The notes under the pieces were generated by a model. The model was not told the DNA's origin, searched no databases, and saw only the letters and a program-made list of their open reading frames with translations. From the NCBI GenBank assembly GCA_031372565.1, contig JANMLN010000193.1:1-45949 (forward strand): 45,949 nucleotides of DNA, read 5' to 3'. A program made the translations under genes and the position numbers. The DNA comes from Gemmatimonadota bacterium (lineage in GTDB: Bacteria > Gemmatimonadota > Gemmatimonadetes > Gemmatimonadales > Gemmatimonadaceae). Below, one piece after another: positions 19,556 to 28,872 of the stretch (position 1 is its first letter; each line of letters starts with the position of its first letter).

Positions 19556-21661
19556 ATGCCCATCACTGGCCGCATCGCCCTCGCGCTCTGTCTCGTCGCT
19601 CCACTGCGTGCCCATGCGCAAGCTGCTGAACCATGCGCCGGTCACTGGACCGGGTTGATCGAGCTGCCAGGCAGCAAGCTCGCCTTCGATGTCGACTTCG
19701 CCAGGAAGCCAGACGGTGGCTGCAGCGGCGACATCTCGATTCCGGCGCAGGGCGCCAAGGATATCGCGCTCGGCAGCGTGACGGTCAGCGCCACCAGCGC
19801 ACAGTTCACCATCACCGGTGTCCCGGGCACGCCGACCTTCACCGGCACGCGCTCCGCCGATGCGCGCGCGATCAGCGGGACCTTCGCCCAAGGTGGTGCG
19901 ACGTTCCCATTCAGCATGAGCGCGGCGGCCAAGCCGTCCGACGCTGCGCGTGTGGCGCTCGAGGGCTTCGATGCGTGGGTCGATTCCGCCCTCGTCGCGT
20001 GGAAGGCGGTCGGCCTCGCGGTCGGTATCGTCGTCGACGGTGAGGTGGTCTACCTCAAGGGGCACGGCCTGCGTGATCGTGAGAAGAAGCTCCCGGCGAC
20101 ACCGCAAACGCTGTTCGCCATCGGATCCTCGTCCAAGGCGTTCACCACTTTCGGCATGGGCGTACTGGTCGATCAGGGCAAGCTGCAGTGGGATGTGCCG
20201 GTCCGCACCTGGCTGCCGTGGTTCCGCATGAAGGACGACTTCGCGACGCTGCACCTCACGCCACGCGACCTGGTCACGCACCGGAGCGGGTTGCCGCGTC
20301 ACGATCTGCTCTGGTACAACAATGCGACGGCCACGCGCGAAGAGCTCGTGCGCCGCATCGCGCATCTCCCGCTGTCCAAGGACCTGCGCGAGACGTTCCA
20401 GTACAACAACCTCATGTTCCTGACGGCCGGGTACCTCGTGGGGTCGATCAACGGCACGTCATGGGAGGACGGCCTCCGCCAACTCGTGCTCAACCCGCTC
20501 GGCATGGCGCGCACGAACTTCTCGGTCAAGCTCTCGCAGGCCGACCGTGATCATGCGGAGCCGTACAAGCTCCGCCGCGATACCATCGAGCACATTCCGT
20601 TCCGCGACATCTCGCTCGTGGGACCAGCGGGAGCGATCAACTCGAGCGCCGAGGAGATGCTCAAGTGGGTCGGCTTGCACCTGAACGGTGGCAAGCTCGG
20701 CGATCGGCAGATCATCCAGCAAGCCACGCTGCGCGACATGTACCGGCCGTACACCCCCATTACCGGCATGGGAGACGATCCCGAGATGGGCCCCATGAGT
20801 TACGGGCTCGGCTGGTTCGTGGACACGTACCGTGGTCACTACCGGGCGCAGCACGGCGGCAACATCGACGGGTTCACCGCGGCCGTACAGCTCCTGCCGC
20901 AGGACAAGATCGGCATCGTCGTGCTGGTGAACCAGGATGGCTCCGCGCTGGGTGAGCTGGTCTCCCGACACGCCATGGACCGGATCTTCGGTGCGAAGCG
21001 TGATTGGAGCGGCCAAGCACTGCAGCGCCGCAACACGGCCAGCCGGAGCAGTCAGGCCGCCGAGGCGAAGGCCGGTGAGGCGCGCATTCCCAATGCACCG
21101 GCGGCACACCCGCTGGCCAGCTACGTCGGCACGTACGCCGACTCCGGATACGGCAGCCTGTCCATCACGCTGGAACGCGACACCCTCGCGCTCGAGTATC
21201 ATGGCATCCGGGCCAAGCTCCAGCCGTGGCACTTCGAGACCTTCAGCGCGCTGCGCAACCCCGACGATCCGACGTTCGAGAGCGCACAGCTCACCTTCCG
21301 AACGAGCACGGCTGGACGGATCGACGGCGTGCTGCTGAACATCGAACCGACCGTCGCCCCGATTGTCTTTACCCGGCAGCCCGATCCGCGACTGCGTGAC
21401 GCCGCCTATCTCCAGAAGTTCGTCGGCCGCTATCAGCTCCCTGCTGGCCCCGTGGCGACGGTCTCGCTGCGCGGCAATGTGGTCTTCTGGTCGCAGGGCG
21501 GAGGCGCCCCCACCGAACTCGAACCGGAGGATGGTGCACGTTTCGTGGTGAAGGCGCAGCGGAGCCTGTCGATCGAGTTCAAGCTGGACGCGAGCGGCAA
21601 GGTCACGGGCGCACGCGCAGTGCAGCCGGGCGCCGTCACCGACATCGTGCGGCTGCCGTAG
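19556..21661 (+). CDS. Secreted beta-lactamase-fold serine hydrolase with extra N-terminal beta domain and DUF3471-like C-terminal domains
   Basis: Signal peptide (AHA/Q), SxxK (GSSSK), YxN (YNN), HGG. Confidence 0.85.
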   Translation: MPITGRIALALCLVAPLRAHAQAAEPCAGHWTGLIELPGSKLAFDVDFARKPDGGCSGDISIPAQGAKDIALGSVTVSATSAQFTITGVPGTPTFTGTRSADARAISGTFAQGGATFPFSMSAAAKPSDAARVALEGFDAWVDSALVAWKAVGLAVGIVVDGEVVYLKGHGLRDREKKLPATPQTLFAIGSSSKAFTTFGMGVLVDQGKLQWDVPVRTWLPWFRMKDDFATLHLTPRDLVTHRSGLPRHDLLWYNNATATREELVRRIAHLPLSKDLRETFQYNNLMFLTAGYLVGSINGTSWEDGLRQLVLNPLGMARTNFSVKLSQADRDHAEPYKLRRDTIEHIPFRDISLVGPAGAINSSAEEMLKWVGLHLNGGKLGDRQIIQQATLRDMYRPYTPITGMGDDPEMGPMSYGLGWFVDTYRGHYRAQHGGNIDGFTAAVQLLPQDKIGIVVLVNQDGSALGELVSRHAMDRIFGAKRDWSGQALQRRNTASRSSQAAEAKAGEARIPNAPAAHPLASYVGTYADSGYGSLSITLERDTLALEYHGIRAKLQPWHFETFSALRNPDDPTFESAQLTFRTSTAGRIDGVLLNIEPTVAPIVFTRQPDPRLRDAAYLQKFVGRYQLPAGPVATVSLRGNVVFWSQGGGAPTELEPEDGARFVVKAQRSLSIEFKLDASGKVTGARAVQPGAVTDIVRLP

Positions 21662-21670
21662 CGCGCGTCG

Positions 21671-22531
21671 CTACGGCTTGAGTCGCATGAGCCCTTCTTG
21701 CGCGACCGACGCGACCAGTTCCCCGCTCCGCGCATAGATCGATCCGCGGACGAAGCCGCGGGCACCGGCCGCCGTCGGGCTGTCCATCACATACAGCAGC
21801 CACTCGTCCGCGCGGAACGGTCGGTGCAGCCACACGCAGTGGTCGAGCGACGCCATCATGAGACCCGGCGTGCGGTACGACACGCCATGCGGGCGCAGCG
21901 CCGTGGGCAGCAGGCCGTAGTCCGTCGCGTAGGCCAGGACGGCCTGATGGATCAATGGTTCGTCGGGGAGCTGCCCAAGCGAGCGGAACCAGAGGTAGCG
22001 CAGCGGCAGTTGCGTGCCCGGTGTGAACGGGTCGATCGGTTCGACCGGGCGAAAGTCGATGGGCCGGTCTTGCGTGAGTACCGGGCGCAGCGGTTCGGGA
22101 ATCCGGTCCGCCATCTCACGAACCAGTTGCAGCTCCGGCGCCAGCGTCTCGGGCGCCGGCACATCCGGCATCGTGTCTTGGTGGCTCAGTCCGGGTTCGT
22201 CGACATGAAACGACACTGAGCAATTGAAAATGGCCTGCCCGTGCTGGATCGCGGTCACGCGTCGCGTCGTGAAGCTCCTGCCATCGCGCAGCCGATCGAC
22301 GAAGTACACGATCGGTGCGGCCAGGTCACCGGGAAGAATGAAGTAGCCGTGCGCCGAGTGGGCCTCTCGAGCGCCATCCACGGTGCGACGCGCGGCAACC
22401 AGCGCCTGTGCGAACACCTGACCACCGAACACGCGCGGGCTGCCCAGGTCACGATTGCGCCCGCGGTAGATGTTGACCTCGAGCGGCTCCAGGTCGAGCA
22501 GCGTCAGCAGGTCGGCGAGCGGATCGGACAT
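21671..22531 (-). CDS. tesB: Acyl-CoA thioesterase II
   Basis: VFGGQV, HSAHGYF, RDGRSF, ASLDH, QEG. Confidence 0.93.
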   Translation of the reverse strand: MSDPLADLLTLLDLEPLEVNIYRGRNRDLGSPRVFGGQVFAQALVAARRTVDGAREAHSAHGYFILPGDLAAPIVYFVDRLRDGRSFTTRRVTAIQHGQAIFNCSVSFHVDEPGLSHQDTMPDVPAPETLAPELQLVREMADRIPEPLRPVLTQDRPIDFRPVEPIDPFTPGTQLPLRYLWFRSLGQLPDEPLIHQAVLAYATDYGLLPTALRPHGVSYRTPGLMMASLDHCVWLHRPFRADEWLLYVMDSPTAAGARGFVRGSIYARSGELVASVAQEGLMRLKP

Positions 22532-22644
22532 CAGGCTACTCCGTGTGCATGCGCACGCATGGCATCAGGTTGTCACGGGGTGGCAACACGATGGGAGCCA
22601 CGCCTAACGGCGGCGCTCTCCGGTTGCCAGCCGAGACCTCGCAC

Positions 22645-23241
22645 TCAACCCTTCGGCCTGGTCCCGGCCTTCTCTCCCTTCGCGGTCTTGGCCTTCGGCT
22701 TGGCCTCGGCGATCGGAGCGGCAACGGCGGGGGCCATCGCGCAGGCGAGCTTTTCGCGCGAGACGCTGCGGCGCGCGACCACGTACTCGGGCGCTTCCTC
22801 GCTGATGATCCCGTCGCGACGCCACCGTGCCTGACCCCGCATGATCCCGCCCAGGTCGTCCAGGGAAATCTCGTACTCGGCCTTCTCCATCGCGAGGCCG
22901 AACATGACACGTCCCGCCGTCTCACCCGGGTGCCAGCGCACCGGCGTCAGTGCAGTCGCCGTGTCCACCTTGACCAGCGGGCCGATGGTGGCGCAGCCGT
23001 GATACGACACGGTGCTGTCGGACGCCGTCATCGGGACGCGTTCGACCGTGAGCTGCAGCCGCCCGATGCGCGAGCCGGGGGCCTGCGCGGCGGGGCCGCA
23101 GTCCGCCGTCGCGCAGACCCACAGTTCATAGTTGCCGACGAGCGCCTCAGGATTGATCGGCGGGGCAGGCGTCTTGTCCGGAGCAGATTCGCAGGCGACC
23201 ACGAAGATGGACGCCCCAAGCAGCATTCGGAGAGGTCGCAT
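22645..23241 (-). CDS. Hypothetical lipoprotein
   Basis: MRPLRMLLGASIFVVAC lipobox-like signal; alternative start at 23286; Lys/Ala-rich tail. Confidence 0.65.
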   Translation of the reverse strand: MRPLRMLLGASIFVVACESAPDKTPAPPINPEALVGNYELWVCATADCGPAAQAPGSRIGRLQLTVERVPMTASDSTVSYHGCATIGPLVKVDTATALTPVRWHPGETAGRVMFGLAMEKAEYEISLDDLGGIMRGQARWRRDGIISEEAPEYVVARRSVSREKLACAMAPAVAAPIAEAKPKAKTAKGEKAGTRPKG

Positions 23242-23305
23242 GACGGCCCTGTGGGCTGGATACACGTGATCGGCGCTGGGAGACATGGGGATTCGTGTCG
23301 AGCGA

Positions 23306-23836
23306 CTACAGGTACTGGAGGACGCTTTCCACGCGAATCGGCGCAAGGCGCGCGCGCCCTCCGAGGAACGCGAGGTCGATGAAGACACCAACCCCGACAA
23401 CCTGCGCCCGCACCCGCTCCACCAACTTACACGCGGCGTCGGCCGTCCCGCCCGTCGCGAGCACGTCGTCGACGACCAGCACCCGGTCTCCTGCCCCGAG
23501 CGCATCCGCATGGAGTTCGAGGGCATCCGTTCCGTACTCGAGCGCGTACGTCTCGCGCACGGTGTCCGACGGCAACTTGCCGGGCTTCCTCGCGGGCACC
23601 AACCCCACCCCCAACGCGGTCGCCATGGGGGCGCCAAACAGGAAGCCGCGACTCTCGATCGCAACCACGTGGGTGATCCCGGCCCCCTGCCACGGCTCGA
23701 CCATCGCGGCCGTGCACGCCGCGAACAGCCGGGCATCGGCCAGGACCGGGGTGATGTCCTTGAATTGAATCCCTTGTTTCGGAAAATCGGGCACGATGCG
23801 AATCGCGTCGTGCAGCTCGGTACGCAGATCGGACAT
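23306..23836 (-). CDS. apt: Adenine phosphoribosyltransferase
   Basis: PDFPKQGIQFKDIT, ESRGF, YALEYG, VDDVLATGGT. Confidence 0.96.
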   Translation of the reverse strand: MSDLRTELHDAIRIVPDFPKQGIQFKDITPVLADARLFAACTAAMVEPWQGAGITHVVAIESRGFLFGAPMATALGVGLVPARKPGKLPSDTVRETYALEYGTDALELHADALGAGDRVLVVDDVLATGGTADAACKLVERVRAQVVGVGVFIDLAFLGGRARLAPIRVESVLQYL

Positions 23837-23845
23837 TCGCGGCCC

Positions 23846-24136
23846 TCAGCGATGGATCGTGAACGGCGTCGGGTACTCCGTGGCAGGGTCGGTCGGCATG
23901 TCGATCACCCCCGTCACCCACGCGCCCTCAGGCCCGCGGCGCAGGTCCTCCATGAGTCCCGCGACCGCGTCCGGGTGACCACGCGCCACGAGCCGCACCG
24001 TGCCATCGCTCATGTTGCGCACCCAGCCGGCCAGCCCCCAGCGGCGCGCGCGTTCGCGCACGAACCAGCGGAAACCCACGCCCTGCACGCGGCCCTCCAC
24101 GCTCACCTGCACGGCGCGTTCGCTCAGCTCGCCCAT
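23846..24136 (-). CDS. acyP: Acylphosphatase
   Basis: GRVQGVGFR and GWVRN motifs. Confidence 0.93.
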   Translation of the reverse strand: MGELSERAVQVSVEGRVQGVGFRWFVRERARRWGLAGWVRNMSDGTVRLVARGHPDAVAGLMEDLRRGPEGAWVTGVIDMPTDPATEYPTPFTIHR

Positions 24137-24789
24137 CCGTGCAATCCGATGAGAGGAACGAACCGGACGGGGCCGAGGGTACGCGACTCGGTAGACTCGC
24201 CGCGCTTGGTGACGACGTGCAACAGCTGCTCATCGCGCGAGCCGATCGGAATGAGCAGCCGACCGCCCTCGGCCAGCTGCTGCACGAGCGGCTCGACCAC
24301 CTTCGGAGCAGCCGCACTCACGAGGATCGCGTCGTACGGTGCGTAGGCGCCCCACCCGAGCGTCCCGTCCCCCTGCAGGAGCGAGATGTTGCGCGCGCCG
24401 CACGCCTTGATCGCCTCGCGCGCGGGCTCCAGGAGCGCCCCGATCCGCTCGATGCTGAAGACCTGGTCCGCGAGGTGCGACAGCAACACGGTCTGGTAGC
24501 CGGATCCCGTGCCGATCTCGAGCACGCGCTCGCGCCCCGTCAGCGCCAGCTGCTGCAGGTAGGTCGCATGGATGGATGGCTGCGAGATCGTCTGCCCGTT
24601 GCCGATCGGCAGCGCCGAGTCCTCGTAGGCACGGTGTCGCACGCCGGTGGGCACAAACAGATGCCGCGGCACGAGGTCGAAGGCGCGGATGACCGCGACG
24701 TCATGGATCCCCGCCCCTTGCAGCGCCTCGATGAGGCGACGACGCGCGCCGCGATACTGCGGCTCCTGACCTACGGGGCCCGCCACCAC
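24124..24789 (-). CDS. pcm: Protein-L-isoaspartate O-methyltransferase
   Basis: PRHLFV, GQTISQP, VLEIGTGSGY, GDG..G, PYDAI, VRFVPL; start approximate. Confidence 0.93.
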   Translation of the reverse strand: MVAGPVGQEPQYRGARRRLIEALQGAGIHDVAVIRAFDLVPRHLFVPTGVRHRAYEDSALPIGNGQTISQPSIHATYLQQLALTGRERVLEIGTGSGYQTVLLSHLADQVFSIERIGALLEPAREAIKACGARNISLLQGDGTLGWGAYAPYDAILVSAAAPKVVEPLVQQLAEGGRLLIPIGSRDEQLLHVVTKRGESTESRTLGPVRFVPLIGLHGWAS

Positions 24790-25532
24790 CGCTCCGCGTC
24801 CGCCAGAATGCCGTGGTTCGTGAGGTCCAGATGCAACGGCGTCACCGAGATGAAGTTGTCCTGCAACGCGCGCGAATCCGAATCGGGAGCGCTCCCCGTC
24901 CATGACGCCGAACCTCCCCCGATCCAGAAGATCTCGCGACCCCACGGATCCTGCATCGCCTTGATCGAGTCGGAGAACACGCGCTTGCCGAGCTGCGTCA
25001 GGCGCACGCCGGCGATGTTGACCGCACGCACCGGCGGCAGGTTCACGTTGAGCAGCGTGTGCGCCGGAAAGGTGGGCAGCGACGTCAGGTGGCGCAGCAG
25101 GTCGGTAATCGCATCGAGCTGGTCCTCGAGCAGGTCGTCACTGCGCAACACACGCCCCCCGTACGAGAAGGCGATGCTCGGAATCCCGAGCGCCAACCCC
25201 TCCATGGCCGCGGCCACGGTTCCCGAATACAGGACGTCCTCGCCCATGTTCGGCCCGTGATTGATGCCCGACAGCACGAAGTCCGGCCGCTCCGTCATCA
25301 GCTGTTCGACGGCGAGCAACACGCAGTCGGTGGGCGTCCCATCGACCTGCCAGCGCCGATCGCCGCGCTTCACGGGACGGAGCGGATGATGCAGCGTCAG
25401 CGCGTGGCTCGTGGCGCTCTGCTCACGGTCTGGAGCCACCACGGTGACCTCACCGACCCGCTCGGCGGCACGCTGCAGCACGTCAAGCCCGTGGGCGAGG
25501 ATCCCGTCGTCGTTGGAAAGCAGGAAGCGCAT
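24771..25532 (-). CDS. surE: 5'/3'-nucleotidase SurE
   Basis: LSNDDG, GTPTDC, SGINHGPN, YSGTV, SVTPL. Confidence 0.96.
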   Translation of the reverse strand: MRFLLSNDDGILAHGLDVLQRAAERVGEVTVVAPDREQSATSHALTLHHPLRPVKRGDRRWQVDGTPTDCVLLAVEQLMTERPDFVLSGINHGPNMGEDVLYSGTVAAAMEGLALGIPSIAFSYGGRVLRSDDLLEDQLDAITDLLRHLTSLPTFPAHTLLNVNLPPVRAVNIAGVRLTQLGKRVFSDSIKAMQDPWGREIFWIGGGSASWTGSAPDSDSRALQDNFISVTPLHLDLTNHGILADAERWWRAP

Positions 25533-25548
25533 GGAGTGATGCCCGGGG

Positions 25549-25926
25549 TCAGCCGTGGTCAGGAGTGCGCGATCGCGCACCTGACAAGTCGGCGAGGATG
25601 TCCGTGAGTTCCCGTTCGAGCGATGCGACCACCTGGGCCTCGAGCGCGGCCCCGGCGACGACGCGCAATTCGCCCGAGCGGCGGTGCTCTTCCATCTTCC
25701 GGCGCGCGCCTTCGATGGTGTACTTCTCCACGTAGAGCAGGTGCTTCACGAGCAGGATCAGTTCGATCTCTCGGCGCGAGTACACCCGGTTCCCCGAGCG
25801 GTTCTTGGCGGGATGCAGGACGCGAAACTGACTCTCCCAGTAGCGGAGCACGTGCGGCTTGAGTTCGGTGAGGTCGCACACCTCGCCGATCGAGAAGAAC
25901 TCCTGCACCGGCTCCGGTCGGCTCAC
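25549..25926 (-). CDS. MerR-family HTH regulator
   Basis: FFSIGEV...HVLRYWE...GNRVY...YTIEGA; GTGA overlap with gpsA. Confidence 0.88.
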   Translation of the reverse strand: MSRPEPVQEFFSIGEVCDLTELKPHVLRYWESQFRVLHPAKNRSGNRVYSRREIELILLVKHLLYVEKYTIEGARRKMEEHRRSGELRVVAGAALEAQVVASLERELTDILADLSGARSRTPDHG

Positions 25927-26921
25927 GCATCCACCTCGGTGCGCAGCTCGCGACCCATGAGGTCGGCAATGACCTGCGGGGCGGGATACCCCTCGAACAG
26001 GATGCGCGACACACTCTGCACGATCGGCATGTCCACCCGATGCCTGGCGGCGAGGGCGAGGGCGCTCCGCGTCGTGAACACCCCCTCCGCGACGCTCTCC
26101 TTCCCTGCCATCGCCTGCTCGAGCGTCTGCCCGCCGCCCACCGCCATCCCGACCGCCCGGTTCCGCGAGAGCGATCCAGTGCACGTCAGCACGAGGTCTC
26201 CCATCCCCGCCAGCCCGGCGAAGGTCGCCGGCTCCGCGCCGAGCGCGACGCCCAGCCGCGTCATCTCGGCCAGACCACGCGTGATGAGCGCTGCGCGTGA
26301 GTTGAAGCCGAGCCCCAGGCCTTCGACGATCCCCGTCGCCACGGCCATGACATTCTTGAGGGCGCCACCGAGCTCGACGCCCATCACGTCATGCTGCGTG
26401 TAGACGCGAAAGGAACGTGACGAGAGCAGCTGCTGCACCCGGGTTGCGGCGCCGCCATCGGCGCTCGCCGCCACGATGGCCGTCGGCTGATGGCGTGCCA
26501 CTTCCAGCGCGAAGCTCGGTCCCGACAGCGCGACGATCGGGTGGCCGGTGAGCTCGCTCGCGACCACATCGGTCATGAGGGCGAGCGTGTCCGCTTCGAT
26601 CCCCTTGGTCGCCACTACGATCGTCGCGCCCGGCGCGAGTTCGCGGCGCAGTGACCGGGCGACCGCACGCAGCGCCTGCGACGGCGGCACCAGGACGACG
26701 GTCGAGGCATCGGCCACCGCCGCCGACACGACGTGCTCGGCGACCAGCGACGGATCGAGCGCCACGCCGGCGAGAAAGCGCGGATTCTCGTGGCTCGCGT
26801 TGATCGCCGCGACGACATCCTCCTCGCGCGCCCACAGCCGCGTCTGACGACCATGCCGGGCCAGGTGATCCGCCAGCGCCGTGCCCCACGCGCCGCCCCC
26901 GATGACGGCCGTCACGCTCAT
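25923..26921 (-). CDS. gpsA: NAD(P)H-dependent glycerol-3-phosphate dehydrogenase
   Basis: GGGAWGTALA, TKGIE, SGPSFA, GGALKN, GDLVLTC, SRN. Confidence 0.96.
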   Translation of the reverse strand: MSVTAVIGGGAWGTALADHLARHGRQTRLWAREEDVVAAINASHENPRFLAGVALDPSLVAEHVVSAAVADASTVVLVPPSQALRAVARSLRRELAPGATIVVATKGIEADTLALMTDVVASELTGHPIVALSGPSFALEVARHQPTAIVAASADGGAATRVQQLLSSRSFRVYTQHDVMGVELGGALKNVMAVATGIVEGLGLGFNSRAALITRGLAEMTRLGVALGAEPATFAGLAGMGDLVLTCTGSLSRNRAVGMAVGGGQTLEQAMAGKESVAEGVFTTRSALALAARHRVDMPIVQSVSRILFEGYPAPQVIADLMGRELRTEVDA

Positions 26922-27550
26922 GCGGCCCCCTCCGCCTTCTTCTTGAAGCTGTGCTCCTCGCCTCGACGCAACCGGCCGATGTTCGCCCGATGCGTCCAGA
27001 CGACAAAGGCTGCGATCACGACCGACGGCCAGAAGAAGAGCGAGCTGACCCCCTGCGTGAGCGCCACGGCCAGCGGCAGCGCGAGCGCCGCGAGGATCGA
27101 ACCGAGCGACACGAACCCCGTGAGCTTCACGACGACGCCAAAGATCACGAGCGCCGCAATCGTGGCCTTGGGCGCGAGGGCGAGGAAGACGCCCGCACTC
27201 GTCGCTACTCCCTTGCCGCCGCCACGAAAGCGCAGAAAGACCGGCTTGGCATGTCCGGCGATCGCAGCCGCCCCGTACGCCACCGCCCACCAGTCGGAGT
27301 GCTCGGTGGCAATGAGCCAGGGAAAGAGTCCCGCGGGAATGCCGCCCTTGAGCGCGTCCGCGACAAAGACCGGCACGGCCCACCGCCACCCGAGCGTGCG
27401 CAACACGTTGGTCGCACCCAGGTTGCCGGAGCCTACCGTGCGGAGGTCGATCCCTCTGGCCTTGCCAGCGAGGTACGCAAACGGGATCGATCCCATCAGG
27501 TAGGCGAGCAGCAACCCCACCCACGGGTTCACGTCGATCGGCACCGTCAC
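26918..27550 (-). CDS. plsY: Glycerol-3-phosphate acyltransferase PlsY
   Basis: GSGNLGATN, GGKGVAT, HRANI. Confidence 0.95.
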   Translation of the reverse strand: MTVPIDVNPWVGLLLAYLMGSIPFAYLAGKARGIDLRTVGSGNLGATNVLRTLGWRWAVPVFVADALKGGIPAGLFPWLIATEHSDWWAVAYGAAAIAGHAKPVFLRFRGGGKGVATSAGVFLALAPKATIAALVIFGVVVKLTGFVSLGSILAALALPLAVALTQGVSSLFFWPSVVIAAFVVWTHRANIGRLRRGEEHSFKKKAEGAA

Positions 27551-28872
27551 GCGCGCGCGCCCTTCCCTGCCGCCCGCCGCATGATCACGCGCAGCGGGTT
27601 CCCCGTGAAGCCCCACACCTCGCGGAAGCTGTTGTGCAGGTAGCGCACATAGTGGTCCTCCACGAGATCCGGTGCGCTGCCGAACACCGCGATCGTTGGC
27701 GGCGCGGTTTCCACCTGCGTCGCATACAGCAACCGGATCTCTCGCCCCGCCGCCTGTGGCGGTTGGCGCCGCCCGACGATGTTCTCCAGCGCGTTGTTGA
27801 CCTGCGACGTGGAAATGCGCTTGCTGCGCTCCGCCTCCACCACCAGCACGAGATCCAGCACCTTCGTGACGCGCTGTCCCGTGAGCGCCGACGCGAACAG
27901 GAACGGCACCCACTTGAGGAACGGCGCCTTCTCGTGCGCCTCCTTCTGGAACTTGGCGGAGGTCTTGCCGTCCTTCTCCTTCAGGTCCCACTTGTTGACC
28001 ACCATGATCAGGCCGCACCCGGCATCCCACGCCATCTGCGCGATGCGCAGGTCCTGATTCTGGATCTCCTCCTCCTGCGCATCGATGAGCAGGATGCACA
28101 GGTCCGCCTGCTCGATCGCCCGGCGCGTGCGCAACGACGAGTAGAACTCGATCCCGTCGCTGATCTTGGCCTGACGCCGCAGGCCGGCCGTGTCGACGAA
28201 CACGAACTCGCGCTGATGGTAGCGGAACCGCGTGTCGATGGCGTCGCGCGTCGTGCCGGCCTCATCGCTCACGACAAGCCGCTCTTCGCCGAGCAGCCGG
28301 TTCACGAAGCTCGACTTGCCCACGTTGGGACGACCGATCACCGCGACACGCAGCGCCTCGTCGGCCTCACCGCCTCCGGCCGGCAGCGCCTCGACGAGAA
28401 TGTCGAGGAAGTCGCCCGAGCCCTTGCCGTTGGTGGCCGAGACCGGAATCGGCTCGCCCGCCCCCAGTTCATAGAACTCGTAGAAGTCGGTGGAGCGCGG
28501 ATCGTCTGTCTTGTTGGCGACGAGCAGGAACGGCTTGCGCGACTGCCGCAGCATGTCGAGCACGCGCGCATCGCTCGGATGCAATCCGGCAATCGCGTCC
28601 ACCACGAAGCAGAGCACGTCGGCCTCGCCGATCGCGACTTCCACCTGGCGGCGGATCTCCTTGTTCATCATCCCCTGCGCATCATCGACGATGCCGCCCG
28701 TGTCGACGAGCCAGAACTCGCGCCCGCCCCACTCCGCGCGCGCGTAGTGCCGGTCGCGCGTCGTGCCGGCTTCCTCGGAGACGATCGCACTGCCCTGTCC
28801 CACCACCCGGTTGAACAGCGCCGACTTGCCCACGTTCGGCCGCCCGACCAATGCCACCACGGGAATGCTCAT
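27547..28872 (-). CDS. der: Ribosome biogenesis GTPase Der (EngA)
   Basis: Two GRPNVGKS, GTTRD, DTxG and NKxD sets. Confidence 0.97.
   Translation of the reverse strand: MSIPVVALVGRPNVGKSALFNRVVGQGSAIVSEEAGTTRDRHYARAEWGGREFWLVDTGGIVDDAQGMMNKEIRRQVEVAIGEADVLCFVVDAIAGLHPSDARVLDMLRQSRKPFLLVANKTDDPRSTDFYEFYELGAGEPIPVSATNGKGSGDFLDILVEALPAGGGEADEALRVAVIGRPNVGKSSFVNRLLGEERLVVSDEAGTTRDAIDTRFRYHQREFVFVDTAGLRRQAKISDGIEFYSSLRTRRAIEQADLCILLIDAQEEEIQNQDLRIAQMAWDAGCGLIMVVNKWDLKEKDGKTSAKFQKEAHEKAPFLKWVPFLFASALTGQRVTKVLDLVLVVEAERSKRISTSQVNNALENIVGRRQPPQAAGREIRLLYATQVETAPPTIAVFGSAPDLVEDHYVRYLHNSFREVWGFTGNPLRVIMRRAAGKGARA

Noticed and set aside
22532..22644. SRP, 6S or riboswitch RNA in the tesB upstream gap
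   Set aside because: No recognisable conserved motif of those families
25923..27524. Long N-terminal extensions in the ORF track (gpsA 533 aa, plsY 393 aa, lpxK 522 aa, acyl-CoA dehydrogenase 549 aa, Rid 236 aa)
   Set aside because: Extensions run through upstream genes in another frame; family starts coincide with stop/start overlaps, so these are not fusions or frameshifts
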